From: a virus
Taxonomy: Duplodnaviria; Caudoviricetes
IMG/VR virus record: IMGVR_UViG_2645727714_000001
Span: 26,034-90,033 of that record
DNA length: 64,000 nucleotides
Direction: 5' to 3' (one strand)
Shown here: piece by piece, positions 26,681 to 36,029 of the stretch
Layout: the number at the start of each line of letters is the position of its first letter
Position numbering within the stretch: the first letter of the stretch is position 1
Notes under the pieces: generated by a model
Told to the model about the DNA's origin: nothing
Seen by the model: the letters and a program-made list of their open reading frames with translations, nothing else
Database searches by the model: none
Translations under genes and position numbers: made by a program

Positions 26681-27388
26681 TCAGCCCAGCAGCGCGGCCA
26701 GTCGCTCGGCCGAGGTCTTGGCCTTGGCCGGCTCGGGCTTGCGGTCTGCGGCGTCGGCCTTCGGTCGCTTCGCCGGCTCCGGCTTGGGCCTGGGGAAGAA
26801 CTCCGGGTAGTCGGCCTTGATCGCCTCCACCTGGTCAGCCAGGCCGGTCACCTCCCCGTCCACGTCCACCTCGATGCTGTCCTGGTCCAGCAGGCGGTAC
26901 AGCCGCGCGAACTTGCCCTCCGACGGCTTGCCGTTCTCGTCGATCAGCGCGGCATTCGCGTCGTGGAACGCGGCCTTGGCCGCGGAGCGGACGATGATCG
27001 GCTTGTAGCGCCCCTCGGTCTCCTTCGCGGACTCCTCCTGGGCCTCCCTCAGGGCCTTGTCGTGGTCACTCTCGCCCTTGCGCTTGTCCGCGGCCACCTG
27101 CTCCTTGAGCTTGCGCAGATCGGTGCGGTAGCGGCGTGCCTCCTCCCGAGTGCGGGCCAGGGAGTCCCGCAGGGTGCGCAGTTCGGACGCGCTCGGCCGG
27201 TCCTCGTCGCCGTTGTCGTCCGCGTCCTTGCTGGCGTTCTCGTCGGCGTCCGCGTCGCGGTCGTCGTCCCCGCCGCCGGACTTCGGGTCGGTCCTGCTCT
27301 CCTCCTTGCTGCCGACCTTGCCCTCCTCAGCGCCGGCGTCGTCGGTGTCGTCGTCCTCCGGCTCGGGCCGGGCGTCCTCGTCTGCCAT
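26681..27388 (-). CDS. capsid scaffolding protein
   Basis: acidic N-terminus, coiled coil EARRYR, GL..QVEAIKADYPEFF. Confidence 0.85.
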   Translation of the reverse strand: MADEDARPEPEDDDTDDAGAEEGKVGSKEESRTDPKSGGGDDDRDADADENASKDADDNGDEDRPSASELRTLRDSLARTREEARRYRTDLRKLKEQVAADKRKGESDHDKALREAQEESAKETEGRYKPIIVRSAAKAAFHDANAALIDENGKPSEGKFARLYRLLDQDSIEVDVDGEVTGLADQVEAIKADYPEFFPRPKPEPAKRPKADAADRKPEPAKAKTSAERLAALLG

Positions 27389-27430
27389 CGCGTGCTCCTC
27401 TCATGTCGGTCGCGCCCAACGGGCGGGTGG

Positions 27431-28435
27431 TCAGCGGGTTGCTACGGGGACCTGCCGGCCCGGGAAGTGGCCCTCGCGTACGGCGCGGGCAGCCACCTGA
27501 CGCACCGAGGCCGGGGCGCCGGCGGGGGAGATCGTGGCCAGCAGCCTGTCGGCCGCGCGCACCCGTGCGGCGCCTGACTCGCTCGGCAGGGACCAGCCGC
27601 GCAACACCGAGCGCACCGCCTCCCGGCGTAGTGCCGCCGCCCAGTCCGCGTCCCGGTCCGGCGCGTACGGGATGGTGTGGCACCGGCACCGGGGATGGCG
27701 AGGTGCTCCCTTGAGGGCGCCCGCCACCTTCGGTGCGGTGTCGCCGTAGGTGGCGGTCTTGCTCCAGGTGCCGTCCGCGTCGCACACCACTCCGGCCAGG
27801 CGCGTGCAGGCCAGGCAGGCGTCCCGCTCGGCCACCCACACCCGGCGCATCCCGGCGGCCTGGCTGACCTCGGCCACGGCATCGTCCACCGCGGAGACCA
27901 CCACCACGGCGGTGTGCGTCTCCAGCCGGGTGACCGCGCGGCGGGCCTGCCCGAGTGCCATTTCCAGCGCGGAGTACCCGGAGGCCCGCACCAGCTCGGG
28001 CCGCAGCAGGGCCAGCGCGGCCACCTGCTGCTCGCCCACCATCGCGGCCACGGGAGCCAGCGCGGCCCGCGCGCCGGGGGTAGCACCCCCAGGCGCCGGC
28101 ACGGGGGGATCAGCGCCTGGAGGTAGCTGCTCACGAGCCTGCCGCACCCCGAGCGCGCGAGCACGCACCAACGCGGCCGACAGTGCCCGTGTCGCGATAT
28201 CGGCGGCACCGGCGAACGCTCCGGCCAGCGCGGTACGCAGCGAGGACAGCAGCCCGACCACCCCGGGGCCGGCCGGGGCCTCCAGCGCGCCGAACGCGCG
28301 CAGCCACCCGCGGGCCGCCACCGTGGCCCACCCAGCCAATCCCGCGGCCAGCTCACCGGCGACGGCCTCGGTGGTGGCGTCCACCAGCTTGCCCATCTCA
28401 TGCGCCGCGGCGTCCAGCGCCTCCTGGTCAGGCAC
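27431..28435 (-). CDS. minor head protein (MuF-like)
   Basis: WVAERDACLAC...PRHPRCRC. Confidence 0.8.
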   Translation of the reverse strand: MPDQEALDAAAHEMGKLVDATTEAVAGELAAGLAGWATVAARGWLRAFGALEAPAGPGVVGLLSSLRTALAGAFAGAADIATRALSAALVRARALGVRQAREQLPPGADPPVPAPGGATPGARAALAPVAAMVGEQQVAALALLRPELVRASGYSALEMALGQARRAVTRLETHTAVVVVSAVDDAVAEVSQAAGMRRVWVAERDACLACTRLAGVVCDADGTWSKTATYGDTAPKVAGALKGAPRHPRCRCHTIPYAPDRDADWAAALRREAVRSVLRGWSLPSESGAARVRAADRLLATISPAGAPASVRQVAARAVREGHFPGRQVPVATR

Positions 28436-29876
28436 TGGCGTCCTCGTCCGGGGCGTCGATCAGGGCGCTTACCGCGCGCTCCACCTGCTCCGCGCTGATC
28501 ACGTTGAGGGCCACCCCGGCCCCGAGGGACTGCACGGCCTGCCCGAGCTTGACCAGCAGGTCGACCTTCGGCTTGATCTCGTCGCCGCGGTGGTAGCCCC
28601 AGGCCTCCACCTGCTCCGCGGAGTAGCCGGACTCCAGCAGGGCCTGCCGGGTGGGAACCCCGGCGTCGATCTTGGCCTGGATGGCGTTCCAGCCCTCCAG
28701 GTCGTCAATGCTGCGCACCGGCGCCCACGCCGGCCGGATCTCCACCTCCTCGCCCAGGCCCGCCGCGCGGGCCGCGCAGCGCCAGGCGGCTTCGTGGGTG
28801 TCGCCGAAGCCGGCGAGGCGGTCCTCGACCTTCTTGTCCAGCGGCGCCTCGGCCGCGCGCAGGCTCTCCCCGCTGGGCGCGTCCCCGGAGATCTCGAAGA
28901 AGTGCGCCGGGGTGGCGGTGGTGGCCCCCATCCACTGCACCATCGCCGTGGCCGGGTCGAGGAACGCCGCGACATTGGCGGCCTGGAACTCGCCCACCTT
29001 GTCCACGTTGCGCAGCCACCACAGCTCCCCAGGCCCAGCACGCAGGGTGGACCGCTCTGCCGTGGGGGCCTGGGTCTCGTCCTCCTCGTCGAAGCCGCCC
29101 GGGTCGTCCGCGTCGCCGCCGGCTACGGCGTAGCGCTGCGGGAAGCCCTGGAAGTCGATCGAGGACATCAGGGTGGCCACCAGCTTGGTGATCGCGTTCT
29201 GCGGCCCGTAGGCGTTGGCGTGCTCGGGCACCCCGTAGGGCCGGGCGGTGCGCAGGTGAAACACCGGCACCTCGCCGAGCTCGTGCTCGACCTCGTGGTC
29301 GTCATCCTCCCCGTAGGGCTCCCAGTCGCTGTCCACCTCGCCGCGCTGCCTGGGCTGCTCCACCAGCACCCACCGCTCCACCCGGTCCGGGTAGTAGAGC
29401 GTGGAGCGCAGCCGGCCCGAGGCGGGCAGCCACAGCTTCGCGCCGTAGCGGACCTTCCGCGGGTCCTCGTCGTCATAGAACGCCCGGGTGGTCAACGGGG
29501 AGTTGTGGAACACGTCCACGTCCCCGTCCCTTTCCCCGGGCCACACCAGCAGGTAGGCGTCCCCGTACACCTCTGCGTCCCGGTGCGCGTCGGCCACCTC
29601 CGCCCGCATCCGGTTGCGGCGCCACTGCGCGGCCAGCCAGTCGGCCGCCGCCTTGTCCGGGGAGGTCAGGCCCAGCAGGCGCAGCCGCTCCAGCACGGCG
29701 TCCACCGGCCGGCAGGCAAGGTTGATCTTGTAGTGGGCGCCGGTGGCCTGGAGCTTCTTGCGGATGGCCGGTGAGGCGAACACCTCGTCCACCTGCCCCC
29801 GGTAGTAGGCCATCGCCTCTTCGTAGCCGGGCCGGGCCTCCCGGATCGCGCACACCGCCGCGGTCAGGTCCGACAC
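28428..29876 (-). CDS. portal protein (SPP1 gp6-like)
   Basis: YYRG, A.VYGDAY.LVW, VPVFH, FPQRY, SGESLR. Confidence 0.9.
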   Translation of the reverse strand: MSDLTAAVCAIREARPGYEEAMAYYRGQVDEVFASPAIRKKLQATGAHYKINLACRPVDAVLERLRLLGLTSPDKAAADWLAAQWRRNRMRAEVADAHRDAEVYGDAYLLVWPGERDGDVDVFHNSPLTTRAFYDDEDPRKVRYGAKLWLPASGRLRSTLYYPDRVERWVLVEQPRQRGEVDSDWEPYGEDDDHEVEHELGEVPVFHLRTARPYGVPEHANAYGPQNAITKLVATLMSSIDFQGFPQRYAVAGGDADDPGGFDEEDETQAPTAERSTLRAGPGELWWLRNVDKVGEFQAANVAAFLDPATAMVQWMGATTATPAHFFEISGDAPSGESLRAAEAPLDKKVEDRLAGFGDTHEAAWRCAARAAGLGEEVEIRPAWAPVRSIDDLEGWNAIQAKIDAGVPTRQALLESGYSAEQVEAWGYHRGDEIKPKVDLLVKLGQAVQSLGAGVALNVISAEQVERAVSALIDAPDEDASA

Positions 29877-29883
29877 GTCGCCC

Positions 29884-30147
29884 TCACGAGTCCCACCCGG
29901 CTCCGGGCGCCAGCCGGTCCGCGCTGGAGCGGGCGGCGTACTCCGTCCGGGCGCCGCGGCGTGCCCAGTCCGGCACCGGAACCCCCGGCGCGGCCTCGGT
30001 GTGCCGAGTCGAGCCAAGGTCGGCCCCGCACACGCAGTTGCCGGCGCCGCTGGTGACGTCCCGGGCATAGACGTGCGGGCGCCCGTACGCGCCGGGCCCC
30101 GGGCCGACCGTGCCCTCGAAGCCGGGCACCTCCCGCTCCGATGTCAC
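29884..30147 (-). CDS. hypothetical protein (H/C motif)
   Basis: PHVYARD..SGAGNCVCG...H. Confidence 0.5.
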   Translation of the reverse strand: MTSEREVPGFEGTVGPGPGAYGRPHVYARDVTSGAGNCVCGADLGSTRHTEAAPGVPVPDWARRGARTEYAARSSADRLAPGAGWDS

Positions 30148-30362
30148 GAGTCACCGTCCAGGTGCTCGATCTCGGCGTTGGCGTACTCCTCCGCGTACAC
30201 GTGATCCGGGCTCTCGCCGCCCGCGCACCGGCGCAGCATTCGCAGCAGGTCCTCGCCGGAGATCACGTGCCAGCCCAGAGAGCCCGCGGGGGCGTCCGCG
30301 TCCGGGAGCTGCTGCGCGGGCAGGTCCACCGCGCGCTCGGCTCCCCGAGCCAGTCCAACCAC
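30144..30362 (-). CDS. hypothetical protein (start uncertain)
   Basis: GTGA overlap with the downstream ORF. Confidence 0.45.
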   Translation of the reverse strand: MVGLARGAERAVDLPAQQLPDADAPAGSLGWHVISGEDLLRMLRRCAGGESPDHVYAEEYANAEIEHLDGDS

Positions 30363-30583
30363 ACCACGCGGGTGGCCCCGCCGTGGCCGTGGATGGCCCG
30401 GACCTGCTCCATGCTGGCGTAGATCCCGGTGGAGCGGTGTTCCCCGTGCCAGTGCAGCGCGGCCACCCCGTCGTCCCAGCAGGTGCCCTGTGCCACCTCC
30501 CCGAGGCCGGACACCCCGGAGATGTCCCGGTCGCGCACCAGCAGGAACCGCCGGGGGAGCGCGGCGCTCCCGGTCCTCGTCAC
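30263..30583 (-). CDS. conserved phage hypothetical protein
   Basis: RRF.L.R..DISGVSG.G.VAQG...IHGHGGATRVVW motif; AGGAGG RBS. Confidence 0.65.
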   Translation of the reverse strand: MTRTGSAALPRRFLLVRDRDISGVSGLGEVAQGTCWDDGVAALHWHGEHRSTGIYASMEQVRAIHGHGGATRVVWLDWLGEPSARWTCPRSSSRTRTPPRALWAGT

Positions 30584-30849
30584 GCCTCCTCCTGCTCGGT
30601 GCATACCCGCAGCGCCTCGTGCAGCAGGCCGCGGAGCTGCCACAGCGGCATCTGCTCGTCGCGGCAGTGGATCTGCACCATGGCCAGCGGCCCTACCCCG
30701 TCCACCCGCGTCCACGCGGAGACCGCCACCCAGTGGGTCAGCACCCCGCCCGCCACGTACGGGACGGCGTCCGGGTTCTGCTCGGCCTGCGCCGCCAGGT
30801 CCGCGGTCAGTGCGTCCTCGATGGCCGCAGCTGGCATCGATAGGCTCAC
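30580..30849 (-). CDS. hypothetical protein
   Basis: GAGGAG RBS. Confidence 0.55.
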   Translation of the reverse strand: MSLSMPAAAIEDALTADLAAQAEQNPDAVPYVAGGVLTHWVAVSAWTRVDGVGPLAMVQIHCRDEQMPLWQLRGLLHEALRVCTEQEEA

Positions 30850-30860
30850 GAGTTCTCCTC

Positions 30861-32417
30861 TCAGGCGTAGGTGCTGGCCGAGCCGGACGGCCCGCTCGGC
30901 TTCTTTCGATCAAGGAAGAACCAGACTCCGGTCCCGGTGGCATCGACCACGTCGTCCGTCAGGCCGCGCGGGTAGGCGAGCATCTCCGTCTCCGCCGCGG
31001 GCAGCCGCCGGGCGTGCACCACCTCGGGCAGGCCGTCCGCGCACCGGCGCTGGTAGTGGTTCAGCGTCCGGGCCGCGCGGAAGTCCTTCGGCTCGGACTG
31101 GTGCACAGTGATCACCCGCACCGGCAGGTCGTGCAGGATTTCCAGCCAGGCCTCGCCGCCCTGGTTGGTCTCGATCAGCACCGCGCCCACCTCCGGGTGC
31201 CGCGCGAGCACGCCCAGCACAGTGGTGCGCAGGTCCGCGGGGGGCAGGCGCAGCGAGGCGGCGTAGCGCACCACGCACCGGCGGATCTTCGGCGCCGGCC
31301 GGGCCAGCCCCACCACCGCCAGGCCGTAGGGGTGGGAGGCGGTCTTGGAGGTGGTGGCCGGGTCGATCGAGAGCAGCGCCCGCACCAGCGGCGGGTCCGC
31401 GTAGACGATGTCCCCCGGCCCCCAGTAGTCCCCGTCCAGCGAGACGGGCTGGTTGGCGAAGTTCTTGGCGTACGAGCGCGTGTGCTCGATGGACTCCAGG
31501 TAGGCCAGCGTCCACTTGCCCGGCCAGCACGAGCGGCGCGTGCCGTCTCCCCGGTCCACGATCGGCGCGAAGTGGTGCACCGCGAACCGCTCGGCCGCGA
31601 GCCGTTCGTCCAGCTCCGCCTCGGGCTCGGTGATGGTCCGCACGAGCTGGTGGATGATCGATCCGGCCATCACCACCGTGCCCACCACGACCACCCGCGC
31701 GAAGGCGTTGAGCGGCAGGATCGCGTCCACGATCGCGACCAGGCGCTTGCTGGCCTGGTACGCGCTGTACGTGCCCTCGTGGGGCTCGACGTCGTCCAGC
31801 ACGAGCAGGTCTGGCCGCAGCGCGCCCACCTTCATGCCGAGCACGCCCGCGTCGATGCCTCGCGCGGCGAACACGAAGCCGCCGCGCTGCTGGATCATGT
31901 GCTGGGTGTCGGCCACGGTGGTGCCTCGGGGCCGCGTGGCCGGGGCGCACAGGTCCGGGTAGTCCTGCCGCAGCAGCGTGTTGGTCTCCAGCTCCCGGCG
32001 GAAGGTGTCCAGGTGCTGCTCGGCCTGCACCCCGGCATCGGCGAACGCGGCGATGAACCGCACCCACCCGTGCGCGGCGGCCCACAGCGGCAGGATCAGG
32101 AACAGGAGAGTGGTCTTGCCCGCGTTGCGCGGGGCCACCCAGACGTCCCGGTGCTCCGCTGGGCTGGACGGCGGCAGTGCCCACGTGCGCGCGTGCCGGA
32201 ACAGCGCGAGGTGGAAGTCGGCGAACGTGATCTCCCCGTTGGTCTCGTCCCCGCGCAGGTGGTGCGGGCAGTACAGCAGCGCGAAGAGAAGGGGCGAGAG
32301 GCGTGTGAGCGTGCGTCGCCCCTCCGGGCTGGCCAGCAGCCGCTCGTCGAACGTGGCGAGCCACCCCTCCAGGTCGAACGTCTCCGCGTCCGCGTCCGGG
32401 CTGTACGGGTCTGCCAC
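30861..32417 (-). CDS. terL: terminase large subunit
   Basis: Walker A APRNAGKTT, Walker B LLVLDD, nuclease IDPA...IETNQGG...DDVVDA. Confidence 0.9.
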   Translation of the reverse strand: MADPYSPDADAETFDLEGWLATFDERLLASPEGRRTLTRLSPLLFALLYCPHHLRGDETNGEITFADFHLALFRHARTWALPPSSPAEHRDVWVAPRNAGKTTLLFLILPLWAAAHGWVRFIAAFADAGVQAEQHLDTFRRELETNTLLRQDYPDLCAPATRPRGTTVADTQHMIQQRGGFVFAARGIDAGVLGMKVGALRPDLLVLDDVEPHEGTYSAYQASKRLVAIVDAILPLNAFARVVVVGTVVMAGSIIHQLVRTITEPEAELDERLAAERFAVHHFAPIVDRGDGTRRSCWPGKWTLAYLESIEHTRSYAKNFANQPVSLDGDYWGPGDIVYADPPLVRALLSIDPATTSKTASHPYGLAVVGLARPAPKIRRCVVRYAASLRLPPADLRTTVLGVLARHPEVGAVLIETNQGGEAWLEILHDLPVRVITVHQSEPKDFRAARTLNHYQRRCADGLPEVVHARRLPAAETEMLAYPRGLTDDVVDATGTGVWFFLDRKKPSGPSGSASTYA

Positions 32418-32440
32418 CCGCGGGCGCTCCAGCAGGGCGG

Positions 32441-32599
32441 TCAGCGCGCCTTCCCCTTCCCCTTGCTCTTCTTGATCGCGACGAGCTGCTTCACCGCGGC
32501 GGCACGGGAGGAGTGGTCGGCCTTCTTGCCGGCAGTCTCGCCGGTGCCCTTCTTCACCACCCGGTGCTTGCCGCCGCGTTTGGAGATCCGGTACGGCAC
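32441..32599 (-). CDS. small Lys-rich basic protein
   Basis: MPYRISKRGGKHRVVKKGTGE...HSSRAAAVKQLVAI. Confidence 0.6.
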   Translation of the reverse strand: MPYRISKRGGKHRVVKKGTGETAGKKADHSSRAAAVKQLVAIKKSKGKGKAR

Positions 32600-32601
32600 G
32601 G

Positions 32602-33180
32602 CTACCCCTTCCCGCGCTCGGCGCTCTGGTGGTCCTCGTCCCTCCACTGCCGTGGCGTGCTGTCCGCGTGGTGCTCGCACAGCAGCAGCGCCCCCCGGCG
32701 GGCGTCCGACTCGTAGGCGCCGCGGCGTACCCCCGCCACGAATGCCAGGGCCGCCGGCTGCTCGCACCAGCCGAGACCACACCGGTACGACGCTGGCGCC
32801 GGGGAGGCCTGCCATCCCATGCGCCACGACCAACGCACCCACAGGCCGGTCCGGCTGGGCCCGCCGGAGTCAGGGTCTGGGACGAACCGGACCATGCCCT
32901 CGGCGAGAGACTGCTCACCCTGGAGGTCCGGCACCTCCGGGAGGAAGAGGTACTCGGTCGCGGCCCGGCCGCCGAGCTCGGGCGGATAGCAGCCCGGGTC
33001 GACCGGTGGCAGGTCCGGGCTCTCCACCAGCACCAGCAGCGCCATCCGCATGAAGTCGGCCGACACCCCGGCCACCCGCATGCCGGCGGGCAAGGTCAGA
33101 AGCTGGGCGATCGTGTCCTCGTCGAGAGTGATCACGGCCCGGCCCGGACGCTCCTCCAGCTCGGTGTCCCGCTCACCCAT
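32602..33180 (-). CDS. hypothetical protein (C-terminal Cys/His motif)
   Basis: ORF between terS and terL with RBS. Confidence 0.55.
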   Translation of the reverse strand: MGERDTELEERPGRAVITLDEDTIAQLLTLPAGMRVAGVSADFMRMALLVLVESPDLPPVDPGCYPPELGGRAATEYLFLPEVPDLQGEQSLAEGMVRFVPDPDSGGPSRTGLWVRWSWRMGWQASPAPASYRCGLGWCEQPAALAFVAGVRRGAYESDARRGALLLCEHHADSTPRQWRDEDHQSAERGKG

Positions 33181-33637
33181 CGGCGCGCCCTTCCTGGGTG
33201 CCCTGGCGCAGCGCCTCCTCCTCGACCGCGGTCCGCGCCTTGGCCTCACGAATCAGCGCGGCCAGCTCGATGTCGGCCGGGTCCACGCGGGTGACCTGCA
33301 CGTCCACCTGCCCGCGCTCGCCCCACCGCTGGGTGTGCCGGCGAGACAGCCAACCCATCGCCGCGCGCCAGTCCCCCTCGGCCGCCGCTCGTTGGACCAC
33401 CGTCAGCGCGCGGATCACAGCCTTGGCCTCGGCCTGCTCGTATTCGGCGACGAAGCGGGCGTGCGCGGTGTCCTCCTGACCCTCCGCGAGGTCCCGGCGG
33501 CCGGCGCGCAGCCAGCCCAGCAGCGTGTTCTCCGCGACCCCGGCGAAGCGCGCGGCCTCCACCTGGTAGGCGCCGATGCCGATGGCGTCGCAGATCCGGG
33601 CCTGGACCTCCGGGGTGAGCCCACTGGGCCGGGCCAT
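33173..33637 (-). CDS. terS: terminase small subunit (HTH)
   Basis: ARPSGLTPE...AARFAGV...W...A.AKA....DWRAA.GWL.RR...WG. Confidence 0.8.
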   Translation of the reverse strand: MARPSGLTPEVQARICDAIGIGAYQVEAARFAGVAENTLLGWLRAGRRDLAEGQEDTAHARFVAEYEQAEAKAVIRALTVVQRAAAEGDWRAAMGWLSRRHTQRWGERGQVDVQVTRVDPADIELAALIREAKARTAVEEEALRQGTQEGRADG

Positions 33638-34236
33638 CAGCCACCCCCGCCGATCAGCCCGCCGGCTCGCGCCGAGGCCCGGTGTTCGTCCAGCACCGTG
33701 CGCGCGTCCGTGCTCTGCGGAGTCCAGCGACCCTGCCAGGAGGCGGTCATGGTGAGCGCGGCAGGCTGTCGGATGCCGCGCACCGCCATGCACCCGTGGT
33801 GCGCGGTGATCACGCATCCGGCCCCCACCGGATCCAGCGCGCCGGACACCGCGGCGGCCACCTGGTAGGTGAGGGTCTCCTGCACCTGGAGCCGGCGCGC
33901 GGAGTCCTCCACCACCCGCGCGAGCTTGGACAGCCCCACCAAGCGGCCCTGCTCCCCGGGCCGGTAGGCGACGGTGGCGGTGCCGGTGATGGGCAGCAGA
34001 TGGTGCGCGCAGGTGGTGGTCACGCGGATGCCGGACACCACCACCAGGTCGCCGGACGGCGGGCCAGTGAAGGTGGTGGCCAGGTGCCGCGCCGGGTCCT
34101 CGCCGTAGCCGGACAGCCGCTCCGCCCACGCGCGCGCCACTCGCCCGGGGGTGTCCCGGGTGTGGTCGTCCGCCTGTACCCCGAAGGCATCCAGCAGCTC
34201 GGCCACCGCCGCGGCGGCCCTGTCCAGGTCCATCAC
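33637..34236 (-). CDS. folE: GTP cyclohydrolase I
   Basis: TPGRVA, CAHHLLP, GLSKLAR, RLQVQE, HGCMAVRG. Confidence 0.93.
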   Translation of the reverse strand: MMDLDRAAAAVAELLDAFGVQADDHTRDTPGRVARAWAERLSGYGEDPARHLATTFTGPPSGDLVVVSGIRVTTTCAHHLLPITGTATVAYRPGEQGRLVGLSKLARVVEDSARRLQVQETLTYQVAAAVSGALDPVGAGCVITAHHGCMAVRGIRQPAALTMTASWQGRWTPQSTDARTVLDEHRASARAGGLIGGGG

Positions 34237-34958
34237 CGGCCCCTTTCGTCGCCCCAGGCCAGGACGTGCAGGCGGTGGGTGGCGTTGAGGCCGTGCTCGG
34301 TGGCGGCCTGGGCCACCACGGGCCAGGTGGCGTCAAGCTCCGCCCGCGTGGTCCCGCGCGGCATCACCCACACCCGCACGCCGGGCCAGCGTGTGCGGGA
34401 GGCCAGTGCGGCGGCCTGGGCCACCTCGGCCTCGTCCGCGCACACCACCTTCAGGTGCACCCCGGTGCCCTCCCAGGCCAGCGCTGGCCAGTCCGGGTGC
34501 AGGGCGGGGTCCTGGTGGCCGCGGTGCGGGCCGGCGCTGGGCAGCTTGGGGGAGACCACCCAGGCGGTCACGGAGGCCAGGCTGACCTCGTTGGGGCCGC
34601 GGGTGCCGTTGGTCTCCACGTGGATGGTGTGGCCGCGGTCGCGCAGCAGGTCCAGCAACCGAGCCCACGCGGGGGAGTCCTGATGCAGCAGTGGCTCCCC
34701 ACCGGTGATCACTACAATCGGCGTGCCCGCCTGCGCCGCCAGCGCCTCGGGTGAGGTGGGGGTGAGTTCCACCCGCAGGTCATAGCGCGACCCGTCCCAG
34801 GTGTACGCGGTGTCACACCAGGCGCACGAAAGATCGCATCCGCCGAGGCGGATGAACGTGGCCAGTCGGCCCGCGTGCGGCCCCTCTCCTTGCAGGGTTG
34901 GGCCGAAGACCTCTGACACCGGCAGGGTGGCCCCGCCGGCCCGCACCAGGGCCGTCAC
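34233..34958 (-). CDS. queE: 7-carboxy-7-deazaguanine synthase (radical SAM)
   Basis: TLQGEG, RLGGCDLSCAWCDT, TGGEP, ETNG, SPK, RLH. Confidence 0.93.
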   Translation of the reverse strand: MTALVRAGGATLPVSEVFGPTLQGEGPHAGRLATFIRLGGCDLSCAWCDTAYTWDGSRYDLRVELTPTSPEALAAQAGTPIVVITGGEPLLHQDSPAWARLLDLLRDRGHTIHVETNGTRGPNEVSLASVTAWVVSPKLPSAGPHRGHQDPALHPDWPALAWEGTGVHLKVVCADEAEVAQAAALASRTRWPGVRVWVMPRGTTRAELDATWPVVAQAATEHGLNATHRLHVLAWGDERGR

Positions 34959-35326
34959 GAGGTCTCCCGCCAGGTCGCCCAGGTCTTGGGCGTCTCGGAC
35001 ACCGCCACCGACACGGAGACCCCTTTGGGGATCTCCACCAGCCGGGGCACCAGGTTGGCCAGGAACCGGGCGAGGTTCTCCGCGGTCGGGTTGAACTCCA
35101 GCTCGTCGTTGAGGTGCCTGTGGTCCAGCACTCCGTCGATCCAGCGCTTCACCGGGGCCAGCGCGCCGTAGTCCACGACGAATCCGACCGTGTCCAGCTT
35201 CTCGGCGGACAGGATCACCCGCGCGACGTAGTTGTGGCCATGCAGTCGGGCGCACTGGTGCCCATCGGGCAGCCCCTCCAGCACGTGCGAGGCCGAGAAG
35301 GGGAAGTCCTTGCTGATCTCATACAT
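34955..35326 (-). CDS. queD: 6-carboxy-5,6,7,8-tetrahydropterin synthase
   Basis: FSASH, CARLHGHNY, DH..LN, PTAEN, ETP. Confidence 0.93.
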   Translation of the reverse strand: MYEISKDFPFSASHVLEGLPDGHQCARLHGHNYVARVILSAEKLDTVGFVVDYGALAPVKRWIDGVLDHRHLNDELEFNPTAENLARFLANLVPRLVEIPKGVSVSVAVSETPKTWATWRETS

Positions 35327-35327
35327 G

Positions 35328-36029
35328 TCATCTCCCCTCGGCGGCACCGACGGCACTGCGCCAAAAGTTGGGGTCGGCGTACTCCGTGGGGTCGAGCACG
35401 CCCGCGAGGTGGAGAGCCTCGGCGCGCTCGACGCAGGTTCCGCACCGGCCACAGTGCCGCTCGCCGCCCTCGTAGCAGGACCAGGTCAGCGCGACGGGAA
35501 GCCCGACCAAGCCGGCGATCCGGGCGATGTCAGCCTTGGAGGTGTGCACGTACGGTGCCTCGACGGTGACCGCACTGTCGGTGCCCCGCTGCGTAGCCTC
35601 GCTCGCCGCGGCGATGAACTCGGGCCGGCAGTCCGGGTAGATCGGATGGTCCCCAGTGTGGACGGCCGTCAGCACTCGGTCGCACCCGTGCGCCAGCGCG
35701 ACGCCTGCGGCGGCCATGAGCAGGGTTGCGTTGCGGTTCGGCACCACCGTCGCCCGCATCGACTCCGCGGCGTAGTGCCCGTTCGGCACGCCCACCGCCG
35801 GGTCGGTCAGCGCGGAGCCGACCAGCAGCGAGCCCCAGGCAGTCAGATCGAGCACGAGGTGGGGCACCGCGTAGTGCGCGGCGACCTCGGCGGCGGCACG
35901 CAGCTCCCGAGCGTGGCGCTGTCCGTAGTCGACCGACAGCGCCAGTCGCGCGGTGTTCTCCTTCGCCCGTTCGGCGAGCAGGGTGGAGGAGTCCAGCCCC
36001 CCGGACAGCAGGACAAGGTCACGCGGCAT
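35328..36029 (-). CDS. queC: 7-cyano-7-deazaguanine (preQ0) synthase
   Basis: SGGLDS, YGQRH, VPNRN, YPDCR, TWSCY, CGRCGTC. Confidence 0.95.
   Translation of the reverse strand: MPRDLVLLSGGLDSSTLLAERAKENTARLALSVDYGQRHARELRAAAEVAAHYAVPHLVLDLTAWGSLLVGSALTDPAVGVPNGHYAAESMRATVVPNRNATLLMAAAGVALAHGCDRVLTAVHTGDHPIYPDCRPEFIAAASEATQRGTDSAVTVEAPYVHTSKADIARIAGLVGLPVALTWSCYEGGERHCGRCGTCVERAEALHLAGVLDPTEYADPNFWRSAVGAAEGR

Noticed and set aside
33637-36029. Queuosine tRNA-modification (auxiliary metabolic) pathway
   Set aside because: No queF, queA or queG/H and no tRNA genes; the adjacent TGT-fold gene lacks the C-terminal Zn motif of tRNA TGTs, so DNA modification fits better
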